A stretch of DNA of 64,000 nt, taken from contig MTLY02000003.1 in assembly GCA_002011035.2 (NCBI GenBank), forward strand, positions 512,001 to 576,000. The letters are read 5' to 3'. This document shows positions 1 through 10,212 of this stretch, piece after piece. The position numbers and the translations under genes are program-made. The stretch is from Candidatus Hecatella orcuttiae (GTDB lineage Archaea; Thermoproteota; Bathyarchaeia; Hecatellales; Hecatellaceae). The number at the start of each line of letters is the position of its first letter. The first letter of the stretch is position 1. Below the pieces are notes generated by a model. That model saw nothing but the letters and a program-made list of their open reading frames with translations, did not search any database and was not told the origin of the DNA.

Positions 1-202
1 CAGGCCCTATGGGCCTGACCAGCAAGGCTCCCAGCTGTGAAAGGTCGCAGCCTCCGGCTTCTAAGAAGGGTTTAAACCCAACCCTCGCCACCACCTCGGA
101 GAGGTTGAAGGCCAAGGTTTCCACATTCCTAGCTTGGAAGGCTTCCAGTATTTTACGGGAGCACCATGATTCCCTGTTCTTGGTCGCGACGCCTATGCGC
201 AT
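1..202 (-). CDS. RimK/ATP-grasp family alpha-L-glutamate ligase (MptN/CofF-like), 5' part only; runs off the window edge
   Basis: Not in the ORF track. Manual translation from ATG at 202: MRIGVATKNRESWCSRKILEAFQARNVETLAFNLSEVVARVGFKPFLEAGGCDLSQLGALLVRPIGP, a typical RimK-family N-terminus. Lies downstream of cofC. Confidence 0.7.
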   Translation of the reverse strand, partial: MRIGVATKNRESWCSRKILEAFQARNVETLAFNLSEVVARVGFKPFLEAGGCDLSQLGALLVRPIGP

Positions 203-229
203 GAGGTTTACCTCTCCCAGATTTTTAGT

Positions 230-892
230 TTAACCCAGACTTAAGGATATACCGCTCTTACCTCGCTGGGCTAAGAAGCGGTGGGTCTGCGTGCTGCCGG
301 CTGTTTGGAGAAAGAAGCCCAAATCCTGAGGCTCATCCAAGTCCAACATGATGCGCCATGAAAGGTAGACCCCCACCTTGATTCCTTTCCCCAAAGCCTC
401 TCGGAGATGAGCGCGGAAGCTGTCATGCTCGTAGAAGGTTGGTATGATGCCGGGGGGATTCAGTAAAAGGGCGTTGGTGCCGTCCAGCCGAAGGGACGGT
501 GAAAGAACAACCGACGGCTGTCTTATCCCCATGTTCACGATTCTTTCCAAGTCCTCAGAAGATAGGAGGGGAATGTCCGAAGGCAAGATCAGCATGGCTG
601 AGGTTCCCCCCTCCGAGCAGAACTTCCGCGCCTTGGAAACAGCTCGGTTGACACCGCCCTCCGCCCTCTCTTTCAGAACAGCGGCGCCCAGTCTCCGGGA
701 AAATTTCAAGATTTTTTCGTCAGGGCTGACTACGAGAACCTTCTGGATGGTTGGGGTCCCTTCCGCAGCCTCCACCACGTCAGCCAGCATGTGCAGGCTC
801 AACTGTCTTCGCTCCTCCGAGCTAAGCGTAGGGCTAAGCCTGCTTTTGATGTTGGCCATTTTCTTAACAGGGATTACGGCGACGACCTTCAG
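230..892 (-). CDS. cofC: 2-phospho-L-lactate (PEP) guanylyltransferase CofC, F420 biosynthesis
   Basis: (L)KVVAVIPVKKMANIKSRLS N-terminus plus PSDIPLL, DGTNALL and DLDEPQDL motifs. The conserved N-terminus lies upstream of the first ATG (859); a CTG at 892 overlaps the upstream TGA. Confidence 0.9.
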   Translation of the reverse strand: MKVVAVIPVKKMANIKSRLSPTLSSEERRQLSLHMLADVVEAAEGTPTIQKVLVVSPDEKILKFSRRLGAAVLKERAEGGVNRAVSKARKFCSEGGTSAMLILPSDIPLLSSEDLERIVNMGIRQPSVVLSPSLRLDGTNALLLNPPGIIPTFYEHDSFRAHLREALGKGIKVGVYLSWRIMLDLDEPQDLGFFLQTAGSTQTHRFLAQRGKSGISLSLG

Positions 893-2415
893 TTGCTCCC
901 GCCTCTGTCTTCTTCCGCTTTTCCAAAGGCCCGGCTGTATACTCTCTGGAAGACTTCCGCCAAATACGACTTAACCGTTTCCCCCTTCTCTCGGGCCAGA
1001 AGCTTCAGAATCCTCTGGCTGCCTGAACCATACTGCACAGCTTTCTTGGGCATCTTAACGATGAAGGACGGCGCTCCCATCTTCTCAGCCACCCTTCGGA
1101 GAACCTGCTTCCTCAGCCTGTCCTCTCCACTGGAAACCTTCAATCGGGGGTGAATCCTCCCAGCTTCCCCGACCACCCGCAGGTCCGCCGCGGGAAAATG
1201 GATTCTTACACCTCCCGCCGCGGTTGCCATGTTATCCCGCTCTAGGCTTCCGGCCAAGCCTTGAACATCCTGCCACAAAGCCTTCTCCAACCCTTCAAAT
1301 CCCTTCTCCTGAAGAATTTTCAGGTACCGGTGGTATCCTCCGAAGAGTTCGTCGCAGCCTTGACCTGAAAAGACGTTTTTCAATTCCTCCTCCTCTGCAG
1401 CTTGAGATGAGAAATAGAGGGGAAGAGTCACTGCCACATCCATCGGCCCGCAGCGTTCGATGGAGTAGACCAGTCTCTCCAGCTGGGCTTCAACATCCTT
1501 CCGGTCGAAGGGTGTAATCTTGAGCTTCAGACCCAGTCTCCCCGCGGCCTCCTCTGCGCTTTCCACGTCTCTGCTTCCCTCCAAGCCTGAGACGAGGAGG
1601 GTGACCTCCAACCCCAGCCTCCTCAGGGCTAGGGCGATGAGGGAGCTGTCCAAGCCTCCGGAGTAAAACACCCCCACCTTCCTTAAGCCTTCAGCCCTCA
1701 GCCTGCAGGCTTCGAGAAGCCGACGGTGAACCCTCTCCGCTGCTTCCTCCATCTCCGTCACCTCCGCTCTCTTTTCCGGAAGCTTGCAGGCTTCGAATAC
1801 TCTTAACCCCGAGGAGGAGGCTTCGCCTACAAAGCCGGAGGGAAGGGCCTTGGTTTCCCCTATTCCAACTTTCCAAAGGGCTTTTCCCTCAGAGGCGAAG
1901 CCTACCAGATGCCGGTTGACTCCGAAGTAAAGGGGCTCCGCCCCCACGGGGTCTCTGCCGAAGGCTATCCTCCCCTCCGAGGCCACGGCTAGGATGTAGC
2001 TACCGTAAAGTCGCCTCATCACCCTCCCCAAAGCTTCTCCCAAGCTGCCATCCCATCCCCTCTGAAAGGCTTCCGAAACCTCGCTCCATGAATGCCCCTT
2101 TGGGGAAGGTGGAGGGGGGAACCCTTCGACGGCGAAGAGGCTGCCAGCCCCAGCCAGAAGAAGCCTCCTACCCGGCTTGGAGAAGCGAGGCTCTAAGCCG
2201 TCTACACCGTCGGTTTCCATGAGGTTTCCGCCTATCGCCCAAGAGGTTTCATGGGCTTCGACGCCGTCCAGCCGTTTCGAAAGGTGGATCACTCTCCCCC
2301 CAAAGGACAGCCAAACTCGGCTGGGTCCTCGGTGGGCCAAGGTTTTCAGCATCTCCACTATTAGGCTGTAAACATTTTCACCCTTCAAGCTTAAGAGACC
2401 TACCAAAGACCCCAA
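889..2415 (-). CDS. Asparagine synthetase B-like protein (Ntn domain + ATP pyrophosphatase), lacking the N-terminal catalytic Cys
   Basis: HRGP, RDPVG..PLY, FASEGKAL, SGGLDSS, SGQGCDELFGGY and K.VLR motifs. N-terminus is MGSLVG instead of MCGI. Confidence 0.85.
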   Translation of the reverse strand: MGSLVGLLSLKGENVYSLIVEMLKTLAHRGPSRVWLSFGGRVIHLSKRLDGVEAHETSWAIGGNLMETDGVDGLEPRFSKPGRRLLLAGAGSLFAVEGFPPPPSPKGHSWSEVSEAFQRGWDGSLGEALGRVMRRLYGSYILAVASEGRIAFGRDPVGAEPLYFGVNRHLVGFASEGKALWKVGIGETKALPSGFVGEASSSGLRVFEACKLPEKRAEVTEMEEAAERVHRRLLEACRLRAEGLRKVGVFYSGGLDSSLIALALRRLGLEVTLLVSGLEGSRDVESAEEAAGRLGLKLKITPFDRKDVEAQLERLVYSIERCGPMDVAVTLPLYFSSQAAEEEELKNVFSGQGCDELFGGYHRYLKILQEKGFEGLEKALWQDVQGLAGSLERDNMATAAGGVRIHFPAADLRVVGEAGRIHPRLKVSSGEDRLRKQVLRRVAEKMGAPSFIVKMPKKAVQYGSGSQRILKLLAREKGETVKSYLAEVFQRVYSRAFGKAEEDRGGSN

Positions 2416-2502
2416 GGGACGGCCTCCCAGCGTCTTTCTGGAGTTGAAGCTTTAAATCTCTACCTAAAATATTGGTATAAAGCCCGCAGGCGGTGTCCCC
2501 GA

Positions 2503-3432
2503 TTGCCCTTGGAGAAGACACGGTACATCTGGATGAACGGGAAGCTGGTCCCCTGGGATGAAGCCAAAATCCACATCCTCACCCACGCCCTCCACTACGG
2601 CAGCGGCGTTTTCGAAGGGGTGAGATGCTACCTTACACCTCAAGGCCCGGCGGTCTTCCGGCTGGAGGAGCATCTGCAGCGGCTTTTCAACTCAGCGGAA
2701 ACCTACCACATGAAGATACCCTACACCCTCCAGGAGCTGGCCGGGGCGGTGAAGGAGCTGATAAAAGCCAACGGCCTCCGGGAATGCTACATCAGGCCCA
2801 TAGCCTACCGAGGATACGGGGAAATGGGCCTAAGCCCCCTGACCAGCCCCGTGGAAGTAGCCATAGCCGCCTGGCCATGGGGAGTCTACCTTGGCGAGGA
2901 AGGCTTGAAAAACGGAGTTAGAGCCACCGTTTCCTCCTACAGGAGAATCGCCTCCGACGCCCTCCCCTTGAAAGCTAAGGCCACAGGCCAATATCTGAAC
3001 TCTATCCTAGCGAAGGTGGAGGCCCTGAACCGAGGCTACCATGAAGCCATCATGCTGGACTCCCGGGGCTTCGTCGCCGAAGGCCCAGGTGAGAACATTT
3101 TCATCGTCAAGCACGGCCGCCTGCAGACTCCTCCCGAGGAGGCAGGCATCCTCCTCGGCATAACCCGGGACAGCGTGATGAGGATAGCGGAAAACCTCCA
3201 CTACACAGTGGAGGAGAAGGACATCACCCAGCAGATGCTGCGGGAGGCGGATGAGGCCTTCTTCACAGGAACCGCCGCGGAGGTTACTCCCATCAGGGAG
3301 GTGGACAGGCAGCCCATAGGAACAGGGAAACCCGGCCCCATCACCGTGAGGCTTCAGAGGGAATTCAAGGAAATCGTCCAAGGGAAAAACCCTGAGTACC
3401 GCTGTTGGCTGAGCTTCGTAGAAGAAACCTAA
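2503..3432 (+). CDS. ilvE: Branched-chain amino acid aminotransferase
   Basis: HALHYGSGVFEG, YIRP, KAKATGQY (PLP Lys), EGPGENIF, GITRDS, FFTGTAAEVTP. Confidence 0.95.
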   Translation: MPLEKTRYIWMNGKLVPWDEAKIHILTHALHYGSGVFEGVRCYLTPQGPAVFRLEEHLQRLFNSAETYHMKIPYTLQELAGAVKELIKANGLRECYIRPIAYRGYGEMGLSPLTSPVEVAIAAWPWGVYLGEEGLKNGVRATVSSYRRIASDALPLKAKATGQYLNSILAKVEALNRGYHEAIMLDSRGFVAEGPGENIFIVKHGRLQTPPEEAGILLGITRDSVMRIAENLHYTVEEKDITQQMLREADEAFFTGTAAEVTPIREVDRQPIGTGKPGPITVRLQREFKEIVQGKNPEYRCWLSFVEET

Positions 3433-3462
3433 ACCCATAAAGCTTGCGTAGAGCCGAAAAGG

Positions 3463-5298
3463 CTAATAGACCGGTCTCACACTCAGCCTTTTCGGCACTG
3501 GTAAGGGCCGCCAAGGGTAGCCCTTTACCTTCTCCTTAATTTCAGCCGCCAGCTCTTCTAGGCTCATTTTCTTCAGCGGCTTTTCTCCCCTGGCTCTGAC
3601 GCTGAAGATCCTGCTTGCAGCCTCTTCTTCCCCCACCACCAGCGTGTAGGGAACCCACGCCGTTTCAGCTTTCCTCACCTTCCTAGGCAAGGTTTCATCT
3701 CCATCGTCCAAATCCGCTCTGATGTTTTCTCTCTCCAGCCACTCCACAACCTCCATGGAGAGGTCGAGGTACGTTCTAGACACTGGTATGACCCTCACCT
3801 GGGTTGGAGACAACCACAAGGGCAGCTGCGGAGGCTTCCCCGCGGTCTGAGCCTTGACGGCGGAGTCGAAGACGGCGTAAAGGTATCTTTCCACACTGCC
3901 GAGAAGTGCGGAGTGAATGATGACGGGGTAAACCTTCGCCCCCTCCTCGTTTACGTAGGTTATTCCGAATCTCTGAGCGTTCCCCACGTCAATCTGGAAG
4001 GTGGCGATCTCCCGGGGCCTTCCCAGCTCGTCTATTATATTGTATTCCACGTTCAGAACCCAGTAGTATTTTCCGGGGACAAAACAGAGGAGTACGGGTT
4101 TTCCTTCCACGGACAGCAGTTCTCTGAAAAAATCTCTGTTTCCCTCAAAAAACTCCTCCGTTACATTATATAATGATACGTAATCCAGCCCCAGCTTCTC
4201 CACCTCTTCGTAGATTCTACGGTGAATCTTCAAGGCGTATTCTTGAGCCTCTCTCATATCCCGGCAGAAGACATGGAGGTCCGGCATGTGGAGTTTCCTA
4301 AGCCTAAAACAGAGGAGCAGTTCCCCCTCCTGCTCCAGCCTGTAGCTGTCCGCCAGCTCATAGGCGCCCATGGGCAGGTCCTTGTAGCTGATGGTCCAGT
4401 TGCGGATCATGGCAAACTGCTGATGGCAGGCAGCATACCTCAACAAGAGGTCTCTTCCCCCGGACTTCAGCTGGTAGAGCCTCCCACCGAAGAGCTGAGC
4501 GTGCTCCCTCACCGGGGGCACCGAAAGGTCGAACATGTTGGTGCCCCTTACCTTATAGACGGGGATGCCTAGGGAGCATGAAACCCGGTCCGCGTAGTCG
4601 GAGACCATCTCGAAGAGAAAAGTAGCCTCAGGGCCGAAGCGCATGTGGCCTAGGTCAGAGAAGGACTCCCAGTCCAGCCCAAATTTTTTGCAGTAGCTCA
4701 GATAGCGGGGTTCACCTCCTCCGGCAAGCTCCTTTTTCAACGCCTCCTTCTCCACCAAGGCCTTGAAGTTTTCCTCTCCGGGCTTGAAGCCGTAGTCTTC
4801 TGGGGCGTAGAGTTCCATGCTGGGTGTCAGCACTTTGTAAATGTACTCAGCCTCAGGCCTTTCCTCCTCAGCTTCTTCGGGCGAGATGGTCCTTGAAAGC
4901 TCGGAGAGGGGATGGCCTTTGCATTTCAATTCAAAGCTTTTGTACCATCCGAAGGGAGCTCGTTTTACCGGGTAGCCGGCTTCCTGCAGCTTGGACTCCA
5001 GCCTTCTCAGAAGCTCAGCAGCGGCCTTCGGTGAAGCTAGGTCTTGGGCCAGATGGGCATAAGGGTAAACCACAACTAGGTTTACCTTCAGCCTTCGAGC
5101 CTGTTCTCGGATGGATTCAGCTGTCTTATCTACAACTTGCTCAGGATTTTTTTCGTCTCCCTTCTCCACCGAGCAGAAAGCTATCAGCGCCTCCCCCACG
5201 GAGAGAGCCTCTCGGCCTTCCGCCTTTTCAGGCTCTTTAAGAGCCTTGCCTCTCACTTCATACTGGAAACGGTCCGCGTGGATGAGCAGAACTCTCAC
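3463..5298 (-). CDS. thrS: Threonyl-tRNA synthetase, archaeal type
   Basis: Archaeal editing domain (MRVLLIH, YPYAHL, RAPFGWYK, GHPLSELSR), YAACHQQF, SYRLEQ.GE, GSVER, LPLWLSPTQVR and anticodon-binding domain. Confidence 0.96.
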   Translation of the reverse strand: MRVLLIHADRFQYEVRGKALKEPEKAEGREALSVGEALIAFCSVEKGDEKNPEQVVDKTAESIREQARRLKVNLVVVYPYAHLAQDLASPKAAAELLRRLESKLQEAGYPVKRAPFGWYKSFELKCKGHPLSELSRTISPEEAEEERPEAEYIYKVLTPSMELYAPEDYGFKPGEENFKALVEKEALKKELAGGGEPRYLSYCKKFGLDWESFSDLGHMRFGPEATFLFEMVSDYADRVSCSLGIPVYKVRGTNMFDLSVPPVREHAQLFGGRLYQLKSGGRDLLLRYAACHQQFAMIRNWTISYKDLPMGAYELADSYRLEQEGELLLCFRLRKLHMPDLHVFCRDMREAQEYALKIHRRIYEEVEKLGLDYVSLYNVTEEFFEGNRDFFRELLSVEGKPVLLCFVPGKYYWVLNVEYNIIDELGRPREIATFQIDVGNAQRFGITYVNEEGAKVYPVIIHSALLGSVERYLYAVFDSAVKAQTAGKPPQLPLWLSPTQVRVIPVSRTYLDLSMEVVEWLERENIRADLDDGDETLPRKVRKAETAWVPYTLVVGEEEAASRIFSVRARGEKPLKKMSLEELAAEIKEKVKGYPWRPLPVPKRLSVRPVY

Positions 5299-5420
5299 AG
5301 CTTTGACGCTCCTCAGGCAGACGCCTTCAAGGTTTTCTCGGAGTTTAAAACAACACTCCAGTCTCTGATTCTCAGAGAACGGCCCCTATATAGGATTTGT
5401 GGTAGGATAGCCCTCCAGCC

Positions 5421-5627
5421 CTATGCTTTATACCTCCATCTTTCTATTCTTTTATTCTCCCTTCTCCTTTTCTTCAGCTCCTTGTAGTGGTCCCTGCAAA
5501 GGTACGCCCTCCTAGTCTCCCGGGTGCTCAAACCTGCAGCTTGAACCTCTGCCTGAGAAACAGACCTGACAGCCTGATTTCCACACCCCGGCACACTGCA
5601 CTTAACACCTGAAGCTGTCTTTCCCAC
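5421..5627 (-). CDS. Small basic Zn-binding protein (C-x4-C ... C-x2-H)
   Basis: MGKTASGVKCSVPGC...AYLCRDHYKELKK. GTG start at 5627 preferred over the track start at 5681. Sits between srp54 and thrS. Confidence 0.7.
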   Translation of the reverse strand: MGKTASGVKCSVPGCGNQAVRSVSQAEVQAAGLSTRETRRAYLCRDHYKELKKRRRENKRIERWRYKA

Positions 5628-5736
5628 TTCCTTCATCTCCGAAGATTCTATGTCATCACGGCAGGGGTTTATATTTTTCACGGGAAACGCCAGATAAGCG
5701 CCTTCCCGAAGAATCGAAGGGAGTCCTCCCAGTTCT

Positions 5737-7083
5737 TTAAGATTGGAGGTTCCTAAACATTCTTTTTTGAAACATCTTGAGAGGCCCGTATCTCCTTCTC
5801 AAGGTCTTGGCCATTTTCCTCATCAGCTCAAACTGCTGAACCAGCTCCTTAACCTCTTTTTCACTCCTCCCAGACCCCCGAGCCACCCGCCTAATCCTAG
5901 AGGCGCTGAGGATTCTCGGATTCTCTCTCTCCTCGGGGGTCATGGACTGGATTGCAGCCTTCCATGCTTTCATCTTCTCTTCGCTGAGTTCAGCCATGGA
6001 GTCTGTTATCTCCAAGCCTAAACCCGGCAGCATTTTGAGGAGTTTCCCCAAAGGCCCCAGCTTCCTAAGGCTTTCAATCTGCCCGTAGATCTCCGTCAGG
6101 GTGAACTTCCCCGATAGAAAAGCCTTGGCCTTTTCATCCGGAATGGCTATCTGGGCTTCCTTAACCTTCTCGAGGAGGCCTCGGATGTCTCCCATCCCCA
6201 GAAGGCGGCCCACAAACCTAGCTGGCTCAAAGAGTTCGATGTCCTCCGTTTTCTCCCCTGTGCCCAAGAAGACTATGGGGGCGCCGGTAGCCGCTACGGC
6301 TGAAAGGGCGCCTCCTCCTCGCGCGGAACCGTCCAGTTTGACCACCATGATGGAGCCTACCTTTGTGGCCTCATGAAAGGCTTGAGCCTGAACCCTCGCC
6401 TGTTGGCCTATGGTTCCGTCGATGACCAACATGATCTGGTCAGGTTTTACGGCTTCAGCTATGCTCTTCATCTCCTCGATGAGGCTTTTCTCATCCTTAT
6501 GTCTCCCAGCCGTATCCACGAGAATAGCCTCGTAGCCTTCCCGGCGGAAATTTTCCACTCCCCGGAGGGCGATGCTGACAGGGTCTCTTCCATCCTCCTC
6601 TCCGTAGACGGGAATACCGGCGGCAGCGGCCAGCTGCTTAAGCTGAGCTAAAGCCCCCGGCCTGTAGGTGTCAGCGCAGACGAGGGCGGACTTTATTCCT
6701 CTCTTCTTCAGGAAACGGGCGATTTTGACGGCGCTGGTAGTCTTGCCGGAGCCTTGGATTCCCACCAGCATGAGCACGTTGGTTTTTCCCGCTTCTACTG
6801 GAATGCGAGAAGGTTTCTCCCCCAGAAACCGGGTTAGCTCATCGTAGAGCACCTTGACCACATGTTCCTTTCTGGAAATTCCTGGAGGGAGCTCCTCTTG
6901 GAGGGCGCGGTCTTCAATCCGGCGGGATATTTCGAAAACCAGTTCCACGTTCACATCGGACTGGAGGAGGGCTCTCTGAAGGTCTCGAACCAGCTCCTTA
7001 ACCGCCTTCTCATCCACTATGGAAAGTCTGAGAAGCTTCTTCACAGAATCTTGCAGAGTAGCGCTCAGCCGCTCTAAGACCAT
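5737..7083 (-). CDS. srp54: Signal recognition particle protein SRP54
   Basis: [28 protein letters not shown] GTPase motifs; M domain [11 protein letters not shown]. Confidence 0.97.
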   Translation of the reverse strand: MVLERLSATLQDSVKKLLRLSIVDEKAVKELVRDLQRALLQSDVNVELVFEISRRIEDRALQEELPPGISRKEHVVKVLYDELTRFLGEKPSRIPVEAGKTNVLMLVGIQGSGKTTSAVKIARFLKKRGIKSALVCADTYRPGALAQLKQLAAAAGIPVYGEEDGRDPVSIALRGVENFRREGYEAILVDTAGRHKDEKSLIEEMKSIAEAVKPDQIMLVIDGTIGQQARVQAQAFHEATKVGSIMVVKLDGSARGGGALSAVAATGAPIVFLGTGEKTEDIELFEPARFVGRLLGMGDIRGLLEKVKEAQIAIPDEKAKAFLSGKFTLTEIYGQIESLRKLGPLGKLLKMLPGLGLEITDSMAELSEEKMKAWKAAIQSMTPEERENPRILSASRIRRVARGSGRSEKEVKELVQQFELMRKMAKTLRRRYGPLKMFQKRMFRNLQS

Positions 7084-7165
7084 AGCTCAGCTCAACCAGC
7101 ACCGTAGAGAAGGATGCGTCTAAGATGAAATTGAGCATTCTTCTGTATTATTCTTTCCCTCCTAC

Positions 7166-8095
7166 CTAGGGAAGCTTAGACAGAGCGTAGGCGACCAGCA
7201 GAGGAAAGACGATAGTGAAATCCGCGGTTACCGTGACTAGGCTGCCCTCAGGTTTAGCCTTCCTCCATGATATGGCCTCCTCCAAGGTGGCTCCTGAAAG
7301 GCTTCCCGTTTCAGGCCTGTCCATGGTGATCTGCAAAGCCGCATCAACTCCCCCCTTTAACATGCTGGCTCCTAGGACGTAGTGCTTGGGCATGCCTCCT
7401 CCTAAGATCACGGCTCCAATTTTCTTGGAGTTGAAGACAAGCTCCGCCATCCGGTCCATGTCCTTCGCCAAATCCACCGTCAAGCCCTTAGACCGCCCGT
7501 AGGTCCAAAGATGTAAACCCAGCATGGAGTCGTAAATACCCGGGGAAAAAACCGGGACCCCGGTTTGGGAGGCAGCGGCGAGGAGTGAATCCCCGTCAAC
7601 CAACAGCCGGCCTAAGCCCTCCAAGATTTCGTAGACCCCTAACTTTCTCTCAGTCTTTTCCTGCAACAGACGGTCTAGAAGCCGGTAGGATTCCTTCTCC
7701 AAGGCTTGAAAGGCTTGCTGCTCCACGTACACGTCACCGATCCTTCCTATTCCCTCCTCCCCCAGCTTCACATCGTCGGCTGCAAGATTTCCTTTGACAT
7801 GTCTGAACCCTAAGGCCTCCACGAGGTCGTGGGTGATGTTGGCGCCGTTGCTAACCACGGCGTCCACCGCCCTCCTCTTGATGAGCTCGGCCACCACGCT
7901 TCTCAAGCCGCCGGGAACCACAGGCCCGGCGAGGCTTAGGAAAACCGTATAATCAGGGTCCTTCAGCAGGTCTGCCAGCACCTCAGCCGCCTTAGCAACT
8001 CTCCCAGCCCCCAAAACTCCGCTGGAGCGCATGGCCTCCACCAGCTGGGAGACTTGAATGTTGGCAACTATCTTCATCTGCTGAACAAAGTCCAT
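7166..8095 (-). CDS. dys: Deoxyhypusine synthase
   Basis: GANITHD, RIGDVY, GGGMPKH, GSLSGA..EEAISWRK; directly downstream of eIF5A. Confidence 0.93.
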   Translation of the reverse strand: MDFVQQMKIVANIQVSQLVEAMRSSGVLGAGRVAKAAEVLADLLKDPDYTVFLSLAGPVVPGGLRSVVAELIKRRAVDAVVSNGANITHDLVEALGFRHVKGNLAADDVKLGEEGIGRIGDVYVEQQAFQALEKESYRLLDRLLQEKTERKLGVYEILEGLGRLLVDGDSLLAAASQTGVPVFSPGIYDSMLGLHLWTYGRSKGLTVDLAKDMDRMAELVFNSKKIGAVILGGGMPKHYVLGASMLKGGVDAALQITMDRPETGSLSGATLEEAISWRKAKPEGSLVTVTADFTIVFPLLVAYALSKLP

Positions 8096-8137
8096 GGAGC
8101 GGCTGTCCTCCCAGCTTGGGTTTTCCCTCGGGGAAGC

Positions 8138-8533
8138 CTAACTTTTCACTCTGGTGATTTTAATCCTGTTCATGATCTTCCAATATTCAACTTCTGCTCC
8201 CACAGTCAGGCTGCTTCGAAGCTCCTCTTCCGCTGGTAGAGCGGTTTCGAAAACCTCGTAGGTTTCAAGGTCCATGAGCTGAAAACTTTCAGAGCCAACG
8301 GAGATAACCTGGCCGCTTCTCTTGTCGATGAGGGGCACCTCCGCCCTAGCGTCCACCGGGCTTACGATGCTTCTTTTAACGTTGTCGAAGAGTCCCACGG
8401 CCACGATTCTTGCTTTGGCTGAACCGTGTTTGCCGGGTTTTGATTTTTCGAAGCTTATAACTCTGCAGGGTTCATTGTCTATGATCATATACTGCCCAGG
8501 CTTGATAGAGCCTACATCCACAGGCTTGCTCAT
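8138..8533 (-). CDS. eif5a: Translation factor aIF-5A
   Basis: SKPGKHGSAK hypusination motif. Confidence 0.97.
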   Translation of the reverse strand: MSKPVDVGSIKPGQYMIIDNEPCRVISFEKSKPGKHGSAKARIVAVGLFDNVKRSIVSPVDARAEVPLIDKRSGQVISVGSESFQLMDLETYEVFETALPAEEELRSSLTVGAEVEYWKIMNRIKITRVKS

Positions 8534-8591
8534 CGCTCATCTACCCTAGTTCATTTAAGGTTAATAGGCGGGGAGTAATTAAGCTTAAGCT

Positions 8592-9413
8592 TTAATCCAC
8601 AGAAGAAATTCTCAGCCTCCGCTTCAACCTTTCATAGAAATTCTGACTTGTCCTAAGGAAGACTATGCTCTCCTCAGCCTTCCTAACTTTAACTTCCCCA
8701 ACCCGGCCTATTTTCTTCCTTATCTGGCCGTCGATGAGGACAATGAGCTCAGCCGGAGACTCCGGCTTCACCGTAACCTCCACATCAGAAGGCACTACGT
8801 GGGGTATGAAGTTCCTTGATAAGGGGCATATGGGGGCGACGACAAAGGCATCAAGCCTAGGGTCTACCACGTTAGCTCCAGCGCTCAATGCGTAAGCGGA
8901 TGACCCCCGAGATGTCGCCACCAAGATGGCGTCCACCCTATCGTGGGCGATGAGCACTCCGTCGATGAAGACAGCTACATCCACCATCTGCTGAGAAGCC
9001 TCTGTTCCGATGTGAACCTCGTTGAGGGCGTTGGGAAGCTCGAGGTTCGTCGTCAACATAAAGCAGCTGTCTTGGATAAATCGTCCCTCCAGAATCTCTT
9101 GCAAGATGGATATGGCCTTCGAAGGACTCGCTTCCCCGAAGAACCCCACTCTCCCCATATTCACCGTAAAGAGCGGCATCCTGCAACATAACCCGTGAAC
9201 CGCCCTCAGAACAGTTCCATCCCCGCCTATGACCACCGCCATGTCGCCTTCCATCCGGCGGAGAGGGATGCCTTCGACTCCCAGCAGGGAGGCCAGCTCC
9301 GCCTCGAAGACAGGTTTTAATCCCTTTTCCCGGAGGAAATCCGCTATTCGAACAGCAAGCTCTAGGGACTCTTTTAGGTCAGGTCTCGCTATGATGGCGA
9401 TGTTTTTAAACAT
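8592..9413 (-). CDS. nadK: NAD kinase
   Basis: GGDGT, NMGRVGF, ALNE and ATSRGSSAYALSAG motifs; ATG at 9413 preferred as start. Confidence 0.92.
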   Translation of the reverse strand: MFKNIAIIARPDLKESLELAVRIADFLREKGLKPVFEAELASLLGVEGIPLRRMEGDMAVVIGGDGTVLRAVHGLCCRMPLFTVNMGRVGFFGEASPSKAISILQEILEGRFIQDSCFMLTTNLELPNALNEVHIGTEASQQMVDVAVFIDGVLIAHDRVDAILVATSRGSSAYALSAGANVVDPRLDAFVVAPICPLSRNFIPHVVPSDVEVTVKPESPAELIVLIDGQIRKKIGRVGEVKVRKAEESIVFLRTSQNFYERLKRRLRISSVD

Positions 9414-9524
9414 CCACCCCACCCAGCCGATTCTCCTCAACTCCTAAAAGGGAGACTTGCCTAAAAATAATCATCTTCAAGCTTTAACTGTTTAGGAGAA
9501 CCGGGAATAAAGGAAGGGAAAAGC

Positions 9525-10070
9525 TTGAACAGGAAAGCCTCTTTCCAGAGAAAGAGCGGTCCCTTAGTTTTAGACGCTTCCGCCTTTATCATGGGTCTAT
9601 ATTCGGCCTCCTCCAACAAGGGGGCAGTTACAACTCCCGAAGTCATGAGCGAGCTGAAAAATTGGCTCCGATCGTCTTCTTCAATCCTAAGCCTTGAAAG
9701 ACTGAGGGTTTCTTCCCCTGCGAAAAAATTCCTCGACGAGGTCCGCCAAGCCTCCAAGGAGACAGGGGATTTCCTTAAACTTTCTAAGACCGATTCCAGT
9801 ATCCTTGCTCTTGCTCTCCAGTTGAAATCTCAAGGGCTCAAGCCTCTTCTCGTAAGCGAAGATTATGCTGTTCAAAACGTAGCCCACCATCTGGGTTTGG
9901 AATACGCGCCTCTTGCAGAGGGGATAAAATCTCAAATCCAGTGGCTAACCTATTGCCCCGCCTGCAAAAAAAGGTTTAAAGCCGACTTCCTAGGGAAAAC
10001 CTGTCCCATCTGCGGAGCTGAGGTCAAGCGAAAGGCTGCGAAAAAATTCCCCATCAAAAGGAAAAACTAA
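9525..10070 (+). CDS. nob1: Nob1-like endoribonuclease (PIN domain + Zn ribbon)
   Basis: VLDASAFI, LSKTD, EDYAVQNVA, CPAC...CPICG. Confidence 0.88.
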   Translation: MNRKASFQRKSGPLVLDASAFIMGLYSASSNKGAVTTPEVMSELKNWLRSSSSILSLERLRVSSPAKKFLDEVRQASKETGDFLKLSKTDSSILALALQLKSQGLKPLLVSEDYAVQNVAHHLGLEYAPLAEGIKSQIQWLTYCPACKKRFKADFLGKTCPICGAEVKRKAAKKFPIKRKN

Positions 10071-10212
10071 GAAGCAGGAGGAACCTATTCTTCCCGGCCT
10101 CACGACGCCTAATTCCATAGACTTCTCTGCTTCGGCATTTATTCAATCACCTTTTCTTCCAAGTTCAGTTAATCTGCTTCTATTCATCCAGTTGGATGAT
10201 ATGGCCGTTAAC

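Noticed and set aside
10109-10199. Minus-strand micro-ORF MPKQRSLWN with a GGTGA RBS, and palindrome TCATCCA-GT-TGGATGA
   Set aside because: Too short to support as a gene. It could be a gene remnant or a terminator between convergent genes, but chance cannot be excluded.
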